Shown: positions 18,668 through 28,974 of the stretch, piece after piece | Layout of the letters: each line of letters starts with the position of its first letter | How positions within the stretch are numbered: the stretch's first letter is position 1 | Origin: Nitrospirota bacterium | GTDB lineage: Bacteria > Nitrospirota > UBA9217 | DNA length: 64,000 nucleotides | Direction of reading: 5' to 3' | Assembly: GCA_035623825.1 (NCBI GenBank) | Contig: DASPSR010000021.1 | Coordinates: forward strand, 32,001-96,000 | The notes under the pieces: model-generated | What the model was told of the DNA's origin: nothing | Databases searched by the model: none | The model's input: only the letters and a program-made list of their open reading frames with translations | Position numbers and translations under genes: made by a program

Positions 18668-19456
18668 CTATTTGCCGCTCTGTCCTTCGTAAACATACCT
18701 GCGAAGCACGGCAAGTGCGCTGTCAATTTCCTTCGACCTCGGGAGCGCTGCGGCAATGCCCTCGATATATCGCCTCGACTCCAGGATTCTCAGAGAGCTT
18801 GCGAAGTTGAGATCATAAATCCAAATCAACTGGAGCAATTTAAAGTCGTTCAAAGTCTTCAGCGCTGACATCCGGATCATCCGCTTGCTCGTCAAGGCTG
18901 TCAGGATTTCTGGGGAATATCCGGGGACATCTGGGAGTCCGAGCCCAACGGCTGATGCTCTTTTTCCCTCCGGCTGCCCGTAGTACTCAATGGCAACTCT
19001 CAAGATATCAAGCTTGTCGGCATCACGAACGAGTTTGAGGAAAAAAAGCATTTCCTGGTCAAGCCCGTTGGGCAGTGAATAGACATTGTGCAAGGTAACT
19101 GACCGTAATATAATGTCTCGCTCATGCCGGCGAAGGGCCCGCAGGACGTTATTCTCTATCAGCACCCGTGCTCCAAGGGACGCGTGATTTATCGAGACGC
19201 TGTCTTTGAATGTTTTGTACTTCTGATACTGCAGGAATCGGCCGATGTCATGGTACAAGGCGATCGTTTCAGCGAGTATGGCTCGCTCTTCGTCGAGCGA
19301 AATACCGTGCGCGATCTGCACGGTGTTTTCGCATACACGGGTAGTGTGTTCCTGTTTGAGGACGATATTTTGCTGGTCTTCCCGAGAGGATGTGTAAAAT
19401 GACCTGCAGTATTCGGCAAACCAGCGTTTGTGATCATTCAATTCGTGTTGGTCCAT
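18668..19456 (-). CDS. HD domain phosphohydrolase
   Basis: EHT.RV, LYHDIGRF, VRDADKLDI. Confidence 0.85.
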   Translation of the reverse strand: MDQHELNDHKRWFAEYCRSFYTSSREDQQNIVLKQEHTTRVCENTVQIAHGISLDEERAILAETIALYHDIGRFLQYQKYKTFKDSVSINHASLGARVLIENNVLRALRRHERDIILRSVTLHNVYSLPNGLDQEMLFFLKLVRDADKLDILRVAIEYYGQPEGKRASAVGLGLPDVPGYSPEILTALTSKRMIRMSALKTLNDFKLLQLIWIYDLNFASSLRILESRRYIEGIAAALPRSKEIDSALAVLRRYVYEGQSGK

Positions 19457-19710
19457 ATGACTGATATCCGAACGCGGTAACTGATTGTACTGTATCGTCA
19501 TGTTTGCGTCAAGACCGTCCGGGATCCAATTCGGGATCAAAGCGGATGACCGTCAATTGGTCTCAGCATGGCTGGCGAGTCGTGCTCGGCAGGGGCTTAC
19601 AGGCAGGAAATCAATGGCCTGTTTGAGGATGCCTTGAAAAAGACTGAATTTATGATAAAGTTGAGTCAAACGAATGCGTAAAATGAAAGGGTCGTTAGGA
19701 GAAGCCCGTC

Positions 19711-20070
19711 ATGTTCATACGAAACCTGAAAGACTGCACAGAATTCGTTGCAGGAGACAACAGTGTCCTTCGGGAGATCCTCCACCCGGACAAGGCTGAC
19801 CTCAAGCTCCGTTACAGCCTTGCACACGCGAGAGTGAGGCCCGGTCAGACCACGAAGCCGCACCGGCTCAAAACCTCCGAGGTCTACTATATCATGGAGG
19901 GTGAAGGGGTCATGCATATCGACAGCGAGACCGGGATCGTGCGCCCCGGCTCGACGGTTTATATCCCTCCGAAGACGACACAGTTTATCAGCAATACCGG
20001 CAAGATGGATATTGTCTTTCTCTGCATCGTTGATCCGGCTTGGCGTCAGGAAGATGAAGAGGTATTTTGA
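19711..20070 (+). CDS. cupin domain protein
   Basis: H.L...EVYYI.EG.G, PG..VYIP...Q.I.N.G. Confidence 0.88.
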   Translation: MFIRNLKDCTEFVAGDNSVLREILHPDKADLKLRYSLAHARVRPGQTTKPHRLKTSEVYYIMEGEGVMHIDSETGIVRPGSTVYIPPKTTQFISNTGKMDIVFLCIVDPAWRQEDEEVF

Positions 20071-20263
20071 CGCTGAACGCAAGATGAGATAGTGACTAGG
20101 AGGCCGCGGCGAGCATCTTGATTATTCTCGCACATCCAACCTAAGCGAACGTCAATAATTCCGCCGCGGATATATATAAAAAACCCTACGGACATCGATT
20201 GCCGCATCCGCGTTTTTTACATGAAAAAAGGGAATATTCCTACTTGATAAAAGCGAGAAGAAT

Positions 20264-21118
20264 ATGGAGATAGTCCGGTTAAAAAATAAAATGATAGCAA
20301 AGGTCATCACTCGTTTCCCGTCGCTGGCGAAGATGTTTATACGCTCCCACGATCCGTGGGAATCCGAAGACGTCCCGTGGACACCGGTGACGAAGTCTCT
20401 GGATGAGTCGAAGGTCGCCATTGTCACAACAGCGGGCGTTCATCATAAAGACCAGACTCCATTCGACATGGGTGATCCGGACGGCGACCCTTCATATCGG
20501 ATCATCGACATCCAAAAAAAGGTATCAAACCTAATGATCACGCACGATTACTATGACCATTCCGATGCCGACCGGGACATTAATATTGTCTTTCCCATCC
20601 AAAGGCTGCAAGAGTTCGAGAAAGAAGGAGTGATTGGTCGCATGGCGAATATCCATTACAGTTTTATGGGGCATATAACAGACAGGCATATCCTTACGCT
20701 TATCAGTAGTACCGCGCCAGAGGTCGCGCGAAGACTGATGGAGGATAACGTCGATGCCGTCCTGCTGACGCCCGGGTGAGGCATATGCAACCAGTCCGTG
20801 GGACTCATACAGAGGGAAATTGAACGGAAGGGGATCCCGACAGTCGGGATATCGATCGTGCGTGAATACTCTCGGAAGGTCAAGCCTCCAAGAACAATTT
20901 TTTTGAAATGGCCGTTCGGCCATCCCCTCGGCGAGCCGTTTCAAACTGCACAACAGCGGACTGTACTGGCGGAGGCATTTCAGGCTCTATACTCAATACA
21001 TGAACCGGGGTCGATCATAGATATCCCTTTTCGATGGAAAAGAGAGAAATATCTCGATGAAGTTGCGGACATACTTCGCAAGCAGGCCCGAAATAATCCC
21101 AGTGAATATTTCGAATGA
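20264..21118 (+). CDS. glycine/betaine/D-proline reductase selenoprotein B family protein (Sec at codon 172)
   Basis: ORFs 20264-20779 and 20798-21118 are in the same frame; reading through TGA 20777-20779 gives LLTPG-U-GICNQSVGLIQREIE..GIPTV (UxxC); GrdB-like motifs VAIVTTAGVH, THDYYD...AD.DIN.VFP. Confidence 0.85.
20780..20809 (+). promoter_or_regulatory. putative bacterial SECIS element
   Basis: TATG/CATA lower stem, AGTCC/GGACT upper stem, GTG apical loop beginning with G after an 18-nt spacer from the UGA. Confidence 0.6.
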
Positions 21119-21345
21119 CAACGAGCATAGCTCCAAGCCGCGCCTGCGGGGACGGACGACAAGCAAATACCGCGGCTAGTGTTCATCAATGGAACTCACG
21201 ATTAGCAACTATGACATCTCTGATAGAAACAACGGTGTGTTCGTCATCTTCCGCTCTGCAGAGCAACTTGCCCCAAACGAGATATCCGTTCTAAGTGCGC
21301 GTTCAGCGAGACGGTCCGTCTGACAGCGCGGTGTGTTAGCGAGCG

Positions 21346-23169
21346 CTAAGTCTTCCCCAGCCTGGAAGCCAGTCGCGTGGTCTCGTTCAGCAGATTCTCG
21401 ACCTCATCCAGCCCCTTGTTCCAGAATGCTCTATCGGCGATGTCAATCCCGAGCCTGCTGAAAGTGTTCTTTGGAGAGTCGGACAGCCCGGCGGACAGAA
21501 ATTCCTTTACCTTATTGATAAACGCTGGATCTTTATTCACTTCCCTCTGGAGGGACTTGGATATCAAAAGACCGCTTGCGTAAGAATAGACATAGAAGAA
21601 GTACCGGATATGATGCCAGTAGACCCACCAGTTTTCCGAGCCTGGGGACTGTTCAACCGCGGGCCCCATGTAAGCCGCCATGTGCTTCTGGAAGATCCTC
21701 CCGATCTCTTTCTTTGACAGATATCCTTTCCTCCCGAACTCGCCATGCAAATCCTGTTCAAACCGGTAGCAGGCGACTTGGCGGAATATGGACGAGACGT
21801 CGTCGTTCACCTTTGCCATCATGACGGCAAGCCGCAGTTCATCGTCGGCCTCGCGTAGTATCTCCTTAAGCACGAAGTCCTCCATGAACGTACTCGCGAC
21901 CTCGGCCGTGGAAGTAGGCGTGCCGAAATCAAGGGCGTGCCGTTTTTCTTTGATAAGCTCGTTGTTGATGCCGTGTCCCACTTCGTGCGCAATGGTCAGG
22001 ACATCGTGCAACTTACCTGTGTGGTTGAGGAGGATGTATGTGGGCTGTGTGATGAGATGATGAATGCAGAATGCGCCGCTGTCCTTACTCTTCCTGGGGA
22101 ACACATCGATCTGTCCGTTCTCTATGAATCCGGTAAAGATATCGGCAAACTGACGGTCGAGCTTGTTCATCGCCCTAAGGACGATATTTATTGATTTTCC
22201 ATAGGGATAGTGCTTGGCTACCTCTCCGTACTCAACGTTCCTTTCATGATAGGCTAATTTATTAACCTTGAATAGTTTAGCCTTGAGCTTATAGTACCGG
22301 GTGGAGATAGCGAACCGCCTCGACACGGCATCAATGAGGGCATATACGACCTCGCTTTCAATATCATCGCTCAGATGCCGGAGACTGTCCGGCCGTGGAG
22401 CGCCGCGGAGTTCGTCGTCGATTTTCTTGTTCGCAAGCACGGAATTGAGCTCGGCCTCGGCTACGTCGACGTGCCTGTGCAGTATGTCATTAAAGGCGTC
22501 GGCGGCGGATTCGCGTGTCCTCTTTTTCCTGCTGTTCATGAGACTGATTATCTCTGCAAATGGCCGGACCCTCTTCCTGCCGTCCTCCGTGATGACGGGA
22601 CGTTCTTCCCTTGCGAGGAAACCGGCGGTCATTTTGGTCCAATTCGCGTATGAGGTAGCGGACTTGAGGTTCAGGATTTTCTCCTCAGGCTCGCTCAAGT
22701 TGTAGCGGGATTCGGCGAATACCCGTTCCAGAAAATGGCGATATGGCTTGAGGGCGTCATGCTCCAGAAATTTCTTCTGATCCTCCCGTTTGATGCCAGC
22801 TATGCGCAGGCGGAAGAACTGGCTGTCGTTGTCTATCTTCTTGCTGAATTCCTCGATCTTGTTGAACCGGGCTTTGAGCTTTGGATCGTTCTGGTCCTGC
22901 CGGGTGCGGAGCCAGAAGTAATACCCCTCATCGCCGTCCGTACCGTACCTCCGCTTCCAAGCTTCATAGGAGTCCAGCGCCTGACGGAGAGTCACGGGAT
23001 CTTCAAGATAGTCGGTACGATCTTTCCAAGCGCTGATGAACTTATAGCTCTCCTGTGCGAGAGATTTGCGCTTTTCTTTCATGCGAAGGTCGCTGTCGCC
23101 TAAGAAGAGGGGTTTCAGGTTCCAGACGAGCTGTTTTATGTCCAATCCCTTTTTGTGTGAACAAGGCAT
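21346..23169 (-). CDS. M3 family oligoendopeptidase (PepF-like)
   Basis: TIAHEVGH zinc motif, AEVASTF.E, FYVYSYA. Confidence 0.93.
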   Translation of the reverse strand: MPCSHKKGLDIKQLVWNLKPLFLGDSDLRMKEKRKSLAQESYKFISAWKDRTDYLEDPVTLRQALDSYEAWKRRYGTDGDEGYYFWLRTRQDQNDPKLKARFNKIEEFSKKIDNDSQFFRLRIAGIKREDQKKFLEHDALKPYRHFLERVFAESRYNLSEPEEKILNLKSATSYANWTKMTAGFLAREERPVITEDGRKRVRPFAEIISLMNSRKKRTRESAADAFNDILHRHVDVAEAELNSVLANKKIDDELRGAPRPDSLRHLSDDIESEVVYALIDAVSRRFAISTRYYKLKAKLFKVNKLAYHERNVEYGEVAKHYPYGKSINIVLRAMNKLDRQFADIFTGFIENGQIDVFPRKSKDSGAFCIHHLITQPTYILLNHTGKLHDVLTIAHEVGHGINNELIKEKRHALDFGTPTSTAEVASTFMEDFVLKEILREADDELRLAVMMAKVNDDVSSIFRQVACYRFEQDLHGEFGRKGYLSKKEIGRIFQKHMAAYMGPAVEQSPGSENWWVYWHHIRYFFYVYSYASGLLISKSLQREVNKDPAFINKVKEFLSAGLSDSPKNTFSRLGIDIADRAFWNKGLDEVENLLNETTRLASRLGKT

Positions 23170-23441
23170 TGTGCTACCTCCTTACCGGGAACGTCTGACA
23201 GTCCGCTTTCTGAGCTGCTCAGGTCTCTTTCCATGAGTCCGCCGAGCTTCCTATCTCCCTTTTACGACTTTCTCTCTTGTTCAAAAATTAACGCTTGACT
23301 TTTATGCTTAACTATGTAATTATTCTCCTGAAGTTCGGAAGTCTTTGTTGTGAGAGAAGCCGCAAAGATTGTACGCTTTGCGGTTTTTTTTGTGACATTG
23401 TCCGCAATCTTCACTAATCTACAGAAGGAGGTTCAACCTGA

Positions 23442-23642
23442 ATGGCAAAAGGTACCGTTAAATGGTTCAATGATTCCAAGGGTTTTGGATTCATTACCAA
23501 AGAAGAGGGCGGAGATGTTTTTGTCCACTTTTCCGACATCCAGGACAGCGGCTTTAAGTCTCTGGCCGAAGGTCAGAATGTGACGTTTGACGTTGTTGAC
23601 AGCCCCAAAGGCCCAAAAGCAGCTAATGTCGTAAAACTTTAA
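23442..23642 (+). CDS. cspA: cold-shock protein
   Basis: GTVKWFN..KGFGFI, DVFVHFS; AAGGAGG RBS. Confidence 0.96.
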   Translation: MAKGTVKWFNDSKGFGFITKEEGGDVFVHFSDIQDSGFKSLAEGQNVTFDVVDSPKGPKAANVVKL

Positions 23643-23659
23643 ATTAAACCTAACCTCTC

Positions 23660-23702
23660 AATAGGCAGACCCCCCACGAATCGGGGCCTGCCTATTCTTT
23701 TA
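23660..23702 (+). terminator. intrinsic terminator between convergent csp and tpx
   Basis: AATAGGCAG...CTGCCTATT stem followed by T-rich tail. Confidence 0.75.
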
Positions 23703-23728
23703 TCCTCCTGCATGCAGCAACTCCTGCC

Positions 23729-24262
23729 TCACGCAACCTTGACCATTCCAATAGTTCTATTAAGTGCTTCGAACACCTTTTCGTAGTTGGGGTGGTCGGT
23801 CTGCTCAGGAACAATCTCTTTGTACCGCAGGATGTTGTCCTTGTCGATGATAAAGATCGATCTTGCGAGAAGCCGCAGCTCTTTGATCAAGACGCCGTAG
23901 GCCGTGCCAAAGGATGCATCCCGATGGTTCGACAGCGCTTTTACCCGATCGATCGCCGCTACGGTGCAGAAGCGCGAAATCGCAAATGGAAGATCCATGC
24001 TGACGTTCAGCACCACTACATCAGCCGGCAGCGACGCCGCCTCATGGTTGAAACGCCGAGCCTGCAGATCGCAGACCGGAGTATCAAGCGACGGTGTTAC
24101 GCTGATTACCTTCGTCTTCCCACTGAAATCCCGCAGCTTCACATCGAGGAGTTCACCGCTCAGAACGGTAAAGTCCGGGACCCTGTCTCCGACCTTGAGG
24201 TCTGGCCCGAGCAAGCTAAGGGGCTTCCCTTTCATAGTTATGATACCCTTTCTTTCCTCCAT
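23729..24262 (-). CDS. tpx: thiol peroxidase
   Basis: PSLDTPVC, SMDLPFA..RFC, LLARS.F. Confidence 0.95.
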   Translation of the reverse strand: MEERKGIITMKGKPLSLLGPDLKVGDRVPDFTVLSGELLDVKLRDFSGKTKVISVTPSLDTPVCDLQARRFNHEAASLPADVVVLNVSMDLPFAISRFCTVAAIDRVKALSNHRDASFGTAYGVLIKELRLLARSIFIIDKDNILRYKEIVPEQTDHPNYEKVFEALNRTIGMVKVA

Positions 24263-24642
24263 ATGTGCCGCCTCCTTCCGACAATTTTATCTTAAAATCC
24301 TCTTGCGATATCCGGATGTCATCAATTTACGACGACAGTGCCTCTTCCGGCTGCAGTCTAATCCGAATTCGCAGCCACATGTCTTCCGCAAACAAGGATA
24401 CCCTTTAATTAAGATAGAACATATCCTGTATAATGTCAAGGATTGCGTCTTATCTCTGCTTGGTATCGTGAAGCCATTGTGAGGGGAATGCGTTCAGCAC
24501 CACGATAGGCAAAATTCAAGTAGGACAAAGGTCGCAGAGAAAAACCAAGCCCGTACAGGAAAACGTCCACATGCCATGGTCATCTCAGAGGACCGCGCTT
24601 TTTTGCTTTTACTGCCTTATTCGTCATGGTATACTTCACCGC

Positions 24643-26169
24643 ATGATTAAGGACATGATTCCTCTCGATAAGATCCTGAAAGAAAGAGCTGCCTTGAATC
24701 CCCGTAGGACATTTGTAAAATTCAAAGGGGGAAAATATTCTTTTCGAGAAATGGACCGCCTTGCTGATGTGTTCTCATCGTTCCTTACAAAGCGGGGCAT
24801 GCGCTCTGGCGACCGGGTGGCCATTCTTTCCCATAATTGTGCACTCTATATCGCCTCATATTTCGGCATCATCAGGAGCGGTGCGGTCGTTCTGCCGCTC
24901 AACAACCTCTTGACCCATGAAGAGCTTGATTATATTCTCAGCGATGCAGGAGCTAGATTATGCTTTTATGACCTAGATTGCCGTGGTACTGTGGACCGGC
25001 TTGTCAAAAAAGGCGACCGAACATTCGTGATGCTGAGTGAAGTCGCTGCGTCCTCAGACGTCGCAGCAGCGATCCCGTCGGCCCACACCGTCGATGATAT
25101 TTCGACCATTCTCTATACCTCGGGAACAACGGGCCGGCCGAAGGGGGCGCTCCTCACACACCGCAATTTCATCACCAATGCCCGTGCTGCCACCGATATC
25201 ATTCATGTGACGAACAAGGATCGGCTCATCGTATTCCTGCCGCTGTTCCACTCATTCACCTACACGGTCTGTGTCATCTTACCGCTCCTCGTCGGTGCGA
25301 GGATAGCCATCCTGCCCTCAGTACGGCCCTTCTCCCAGGTGGTGAAGAGCCTCATCATCGACCGGATCACGATCCTTGTGGCGATCCCAACCGTTTATAA
25401 AATACTTGCTGAAAAGGACATGCCACGCCTCGTCAAGTTCCTGCTGAACCTGCGGCTCTGTGTCTCCGGTGCGGCGCCGCTCCCGGTTAACGTCGTTCAC
25501 AACTTCGAACGTGCGTTCAAGGTGCCGCTTCTCCAAGGGTACGGTCTCACCGAGGCGTCACCCATTGTCTCGATCAACCCGCTCGAGCCCGGCAGGAACA
25601 AGCCAGGCACGGTCGGTCTGCCGCTGCCTGGTCTGGAAGTGAAAGTAATAGATGACGAAGGGAACACATTGTCGCCTGATATCCCCGGCGAACTGGCTGT
25701 GAAAGGGCCAAGCGTCATGCAGGGTTACCTGAATCGCCCCGAAGAGACGGCGCAAACAATTAAGGACGGATGGCTTCACACGGGCGATATCGCCTCCATC
25801 GACGGCGAGGGATATATCAAGATCATCGACCGCAAGAAAGATATGATCATCGTCGACGGCCTAAATGTGTATCCCTATGAGGTTGAAGAAGTCCTGTGCC
25901 GGCACCCGGCTATCAAGGATTGCGCCATGATCGGCGTGGCTCATGAACACGATGAAGGGAAGGAATTGGCAATTATGTATATTGTCCAGCAGGACGGACA
26001 CTCAATCACCCCCAAGGCGTTACGGGAGTATCTCTCCGAGTACGTCGCGCATTATAAGATTCCGCGCAGATTCATCATGGTTCAGGACCTTCCCCGGACC
26101 GCGACGGGAAAGATCCTGAAGCGTGAGATCAGAGAGATGTATAAGGAAAAGAACCGACCCGTTTCATAA
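24643..26169 (+). CDS. long-chain fatty acid--CoA ligase
   Basis: YTSGTTGRPKG, GYGLTE, WLHTGDI, TATGKILK; start uncertain. Confidence 0.92.
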   Translation: MIKDMIPLDKILKERAALNPRRTFVKFKGGKYSFREMDRLADVFSSFLTKRGMRSGDRVAILSHNCALYIASYFGIIRSGAVVLPLNNLLTHEELDYILSDAGARLCFYDLDCRGTVDRLVKKGDRTFVMLSEVAASSDVAAAIPSAHTVDDISTILYTSGTTGRPKGALLTHRNFITNARAATDIIHVTNKDRLIVFLPLFHSFTYTVCVILPLLVGARIAILPSVRPFSQVVKSLIIDRITILVAIPTVYKILAEKDMPRLVKFLLNLRLCVSGAAPLPVNVVHNFERAFKVPLLQGYGLTEASPIVSINPLEPGRNKPGTVGLPLPGLEVKVIDDEGNTLSPDIPGELAVKGPSVMQGYLNRPEETAQTIKDGWLHTGDIASIDGEGYIKIIDRKKDMIIVDGLNVYPYEVEEVLCRHPAIKDCAMIGVAHEHDEGKELAIMYIVQQDGHSITPKALREYLSEYVAHYKIPRRFIMVQDLPRTATGKILKREIREMYKEKNRPVS

Positions 26170-26193
26170 AAGAGATGCCAACTTGCTCAAATT

Positions 26194-26997
26194 ATGAAAG
26201 CCAACCTCCCGATCCAGCCCCCGCCACGCTCATCGCTCTCTGGAACCATAGTCATAACCGTTAACGTCCTTCTCCTCTCGGTTATTCCGTTTTCATTCCG
26301 CACAAGTCCCTGGGCAGTCGCCCTCGCAGTTCTACTCATCGTTGTCGCCGCCCGCATCAGGGAGATGCAAGCGTTTCACATTGCGTTGTTCACCGCTGCA
26401 CTCACCACCATGCCTTTTCTGCATTCGTCATTTCGCAACTGGCCCTGCAATCTTTTGATACCTATCATTGTCTATTTCGGCGTTGTCCTTGCCATTCCGC
26501 TTTATCGCAAATCCCTGCTGTGGCTGCGCGCCGGTCGTTTCGGAGAAGACAGCCTGCGCCTCGTGATGGCAACAGCCGTAGCTTCGGGTGTTGCTCTTTA
26601 TATCTGGTATCGGACCCAGGATCCTGACCTCTCAAGGCATCTTAAATATATGCCGGACGTACCTGCATGGCTTTATCCTCTCGTGGGGCTGGGATTTTCA
26701 GTGTTCAACGCTGCGATGGAAGAATTTGTGTTTCGCGGCGTGGTCATGCAGGCACTTGACAGCGCCTTTGGGCCCGATGGTCTCTCAGTTGCGATCCAAG
26801 CGTGGCTTTTCGGCGCCGGGCATTATCGTGAGGGGTTCCCGAATGGCGGGTGGGGGCTCGGCATGACCTGCGTCTACGGGATCATGCTTGGAACGATTCG
26901 CCGCCGCTCGCAGGGTATGTTCGCACCCTGGCTCGCACACGTCTGTGCGGACATGGTAATTTTCGTGATCCTTGCAGGAATTGTATTGCGATGGTGA
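26194..26997 (+). CDS. CPBP (CAAX) intramembrane metalloprotease
   Basis: EEFVFRG, FGAGH, H...D motifs; multiple TM helices. Confidence 0.88.
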   Translation: MKANLPIQPPPRSSLSGTIVITVNVLLLSVIPFSFRTSPWAVALAVLLIVVAARIREMQAFHIALFTAALTTMPFLHSSFRNWPCNLLIPIIVYFGVVLAIPLYRKSLLWLRAGRFGEDSLRLVMATAVASGVALYIWYRTQDPDLSRHLKYMPDVPAWLYPLVGLGFSVFNAAMEEFVFRGVVMQALDSAFGPDGLSVAIQAWLFGAGHYREGFPNGGWGLGMTCVYGIMLGTIRRRSQGMFAPWLAHVCADMVIFVILAGIVLRW

Positions 26998-27200
26998 GTG
27001 GACCAAGACCGTAGGGCGCGACTGATGGTCAAGGATTTTCGACTTGACTTTGCCGGACATACTGCGTTAATGGAACCACTATCCGCAAAAGCAGTCGCTC
27101 GCACGAATGGGTCAACGTGCCTACGAGAGCACAATGAAAGAAGTCCGCCTATTTCTCAACCCCCATAACGCCGGCAAGGGGTGCCACGCTCTCCCGGATC

Positions 27201-27683
27201 TTAATGCTGCACTTCCGTCGCTGTGCTTTTTGACGCCGGCGCAGGAGGGGCCGGTCTCTCCAAGCTCCTTTTAGCTTCCTTCGCGCTCTTACCCGCAGGA
27301 GTGGCTGGGGGCGCCGAGGCCTTTTCTTGTTCAGGAGACGACGCCTGCTGAGCCTTTATTACTCGTGTTATCCTTGGGTCATCGATGAAGGGCCTGTACT
27401 TCTCCAGCGTAAATTCAACCTCGTCTTTCTCATTGACGAGTAGGTTGACCTCATCCCCCTTCTTTGTGAAGGTAGCAAGTAGCGCCCCCTGAGAGGTATC
27501 CACCGTCAAGAGAAGATCATTTCCTTTCTTCTCCTTCGCCAGAACAGTTCCTTTGACTACAGATTCCTTCCACATCAGCGAGTCCGGGATGTAAGGACGA
27601 ACATATTTCGGAAGAAAGATCGTGCACAGAACACCGATTGCGATTCCGAAGACGAAGGGGAACATTCTGGACTGCTTATGCAT
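27201..27683 (-). CDS. hypothetical membrane-anchored protein
   Basis: N-terminal TM, beta-rich core, Pro/Ala-rich tail; AAGGAG RBS. Confidence 0.7.
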   Translation of the reverse strand: MHKQSRMFPFVFGIAIGVLCTIFLPKYVRPYIPDSLMWKESVVKGTVLAKEKKGNDLLLTVDTSQGALLATFTKKGDEVNLLVNEKDEVEFTLEKYRPFIDDPRITRVIKAQQASSPEQEKASAPPATPAGKSAKEAKRSLERPAPPAPASKSTATEVQH

Positions 27684-28119
27684 GATGTACTCTCCTTAGC
27701 GCAGAATATGGCCTGATTATACCTCAGCCCGCCGAGGATTGTAAAGGAGCTTTCAGCGGCAGAACTCACATTCCCGTGTTACGCAGATCACATTGGCCCG
27801 TCCAGCGTCCATTTCACATTCCCATGCGGCAATTAAATCCGGAAACCACCCTTACCCTGAGGATCCGTCAAACGCGGACCGTACCGCGGCCACGACGCCT
27901 AAGGTAATGACTTCATCCTGCACGCATCAACTTGAACATTCGCCCTGTGCCTTCCCGTACAAGCCGTTCGCGGTCGGTGGCCCGAGGCTTCAAGGAAAGG
28001 CAGCTGAAAAGACTTTACAGGAATTCAGGCGCTAGATCGCTTGATCGTATCATCGCGCTATTACGGTCATTAAGGTGTGCGGAACTTCGTATGCGGATTG
28101 TCGAGGTAATCCCGATGGA

Positions 28120-28578
28120 TCAATAGCTCGTATAATTAATAAGATTGTCAACCCATTTGACCAGGTCTGTCTTCTCCTTAGGTGCGCCATCTACACGAAT
28201 GATCTTCACGCCATTACGATAGACGATGAAGGTAGGTGTTTGCACGATCGCAAAGCGTTGTGCGAGGTATGCATCTATCTCGATATCGACCTTCATCACC
28301 TTGAGCCTGCCTGCTCGCTGCGCGGCCAGTTCATTCACCACGGGATCGAATATCCTGCAGTAGAGACACGATGCGGACGTGAATACGACAAGGAGCGTTT
28401 CCGGCCAGTATGCCACAATGCGATCGAAGCTCTCGGGTTTCGCCCATATGGGTTGTTGCGGGATCTCGAGAATAGACTTGCAATTGCCGCAAACTGGTTT
28501 GCTCGAGAGCTTTTCCGAGAGAACGCGGTTCACCATCAGGCAGTTGTTGCAGCGGATGAAGACGGAAGTTTCTGACAT
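28120..28578 (-). CDS. TrxC-like thioredoxin with an N-terminal zinc finger
   Basis: CNNC...CGNC zinc finger; active-site CLYC; TPT cis-Pro loop. Confidence 0.85.
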   Translation of the reverse strand: MSETSVFIRCNNCLMVNRVLSEKLSSKPVCGNCKSILEIPQQPIWAKPESFDRIVAYWPETLLVVFTSASCLYCRIFDPVVNELAAQRAGRLKVMKVDIEIDAYLAQRFAIVQTPTFIVYRNGVKIIRVDGAPKEKTDLVKWVDNLINYTSY

Positions 28579-28974
28579 GTTTGTTGCAACCTCTTGTTCT
28601 TTAAAATTGTTGCCTCGACATCAAAAGCGACGAGCTCATTCTCATTGCAGGTAAGTTTAAGCAAAAGTGAGAAAATAGTCAAGCGGCAGAAACGGTCTTG
28701 AAAAGGCATGCGGCCTTGTTATCACCTCGATAGATAATTGATGGCCGACGCCTGATGCTGGATGAAACTGACGGCGGGGGAAAAGGGTCACGGGGATCGA
28801 TGCCCAGAGCTTATGGCCGAAAAAAAAGATATGGCCTGAAGCGCATTTCGATCTACGCATGTCGCGCGCCTCCTTCGTGCAAACAAAACCTGGATCAGAC
28901 CAAAAGATTTCGTCGAGATTTAGATTGCTATTTTCTCGTTTTATTCTTGCTCCCGTTTATGATAAGATGAGGCC

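Noticed and set aside
20798-21118. Independent 106-aa gene with a GTG start
   Set aside because: It is in frame with the upstream ORF, the GTG sits in the SECIS loop without an RBS, and it is better explained as the selenoprotein C-terminus.
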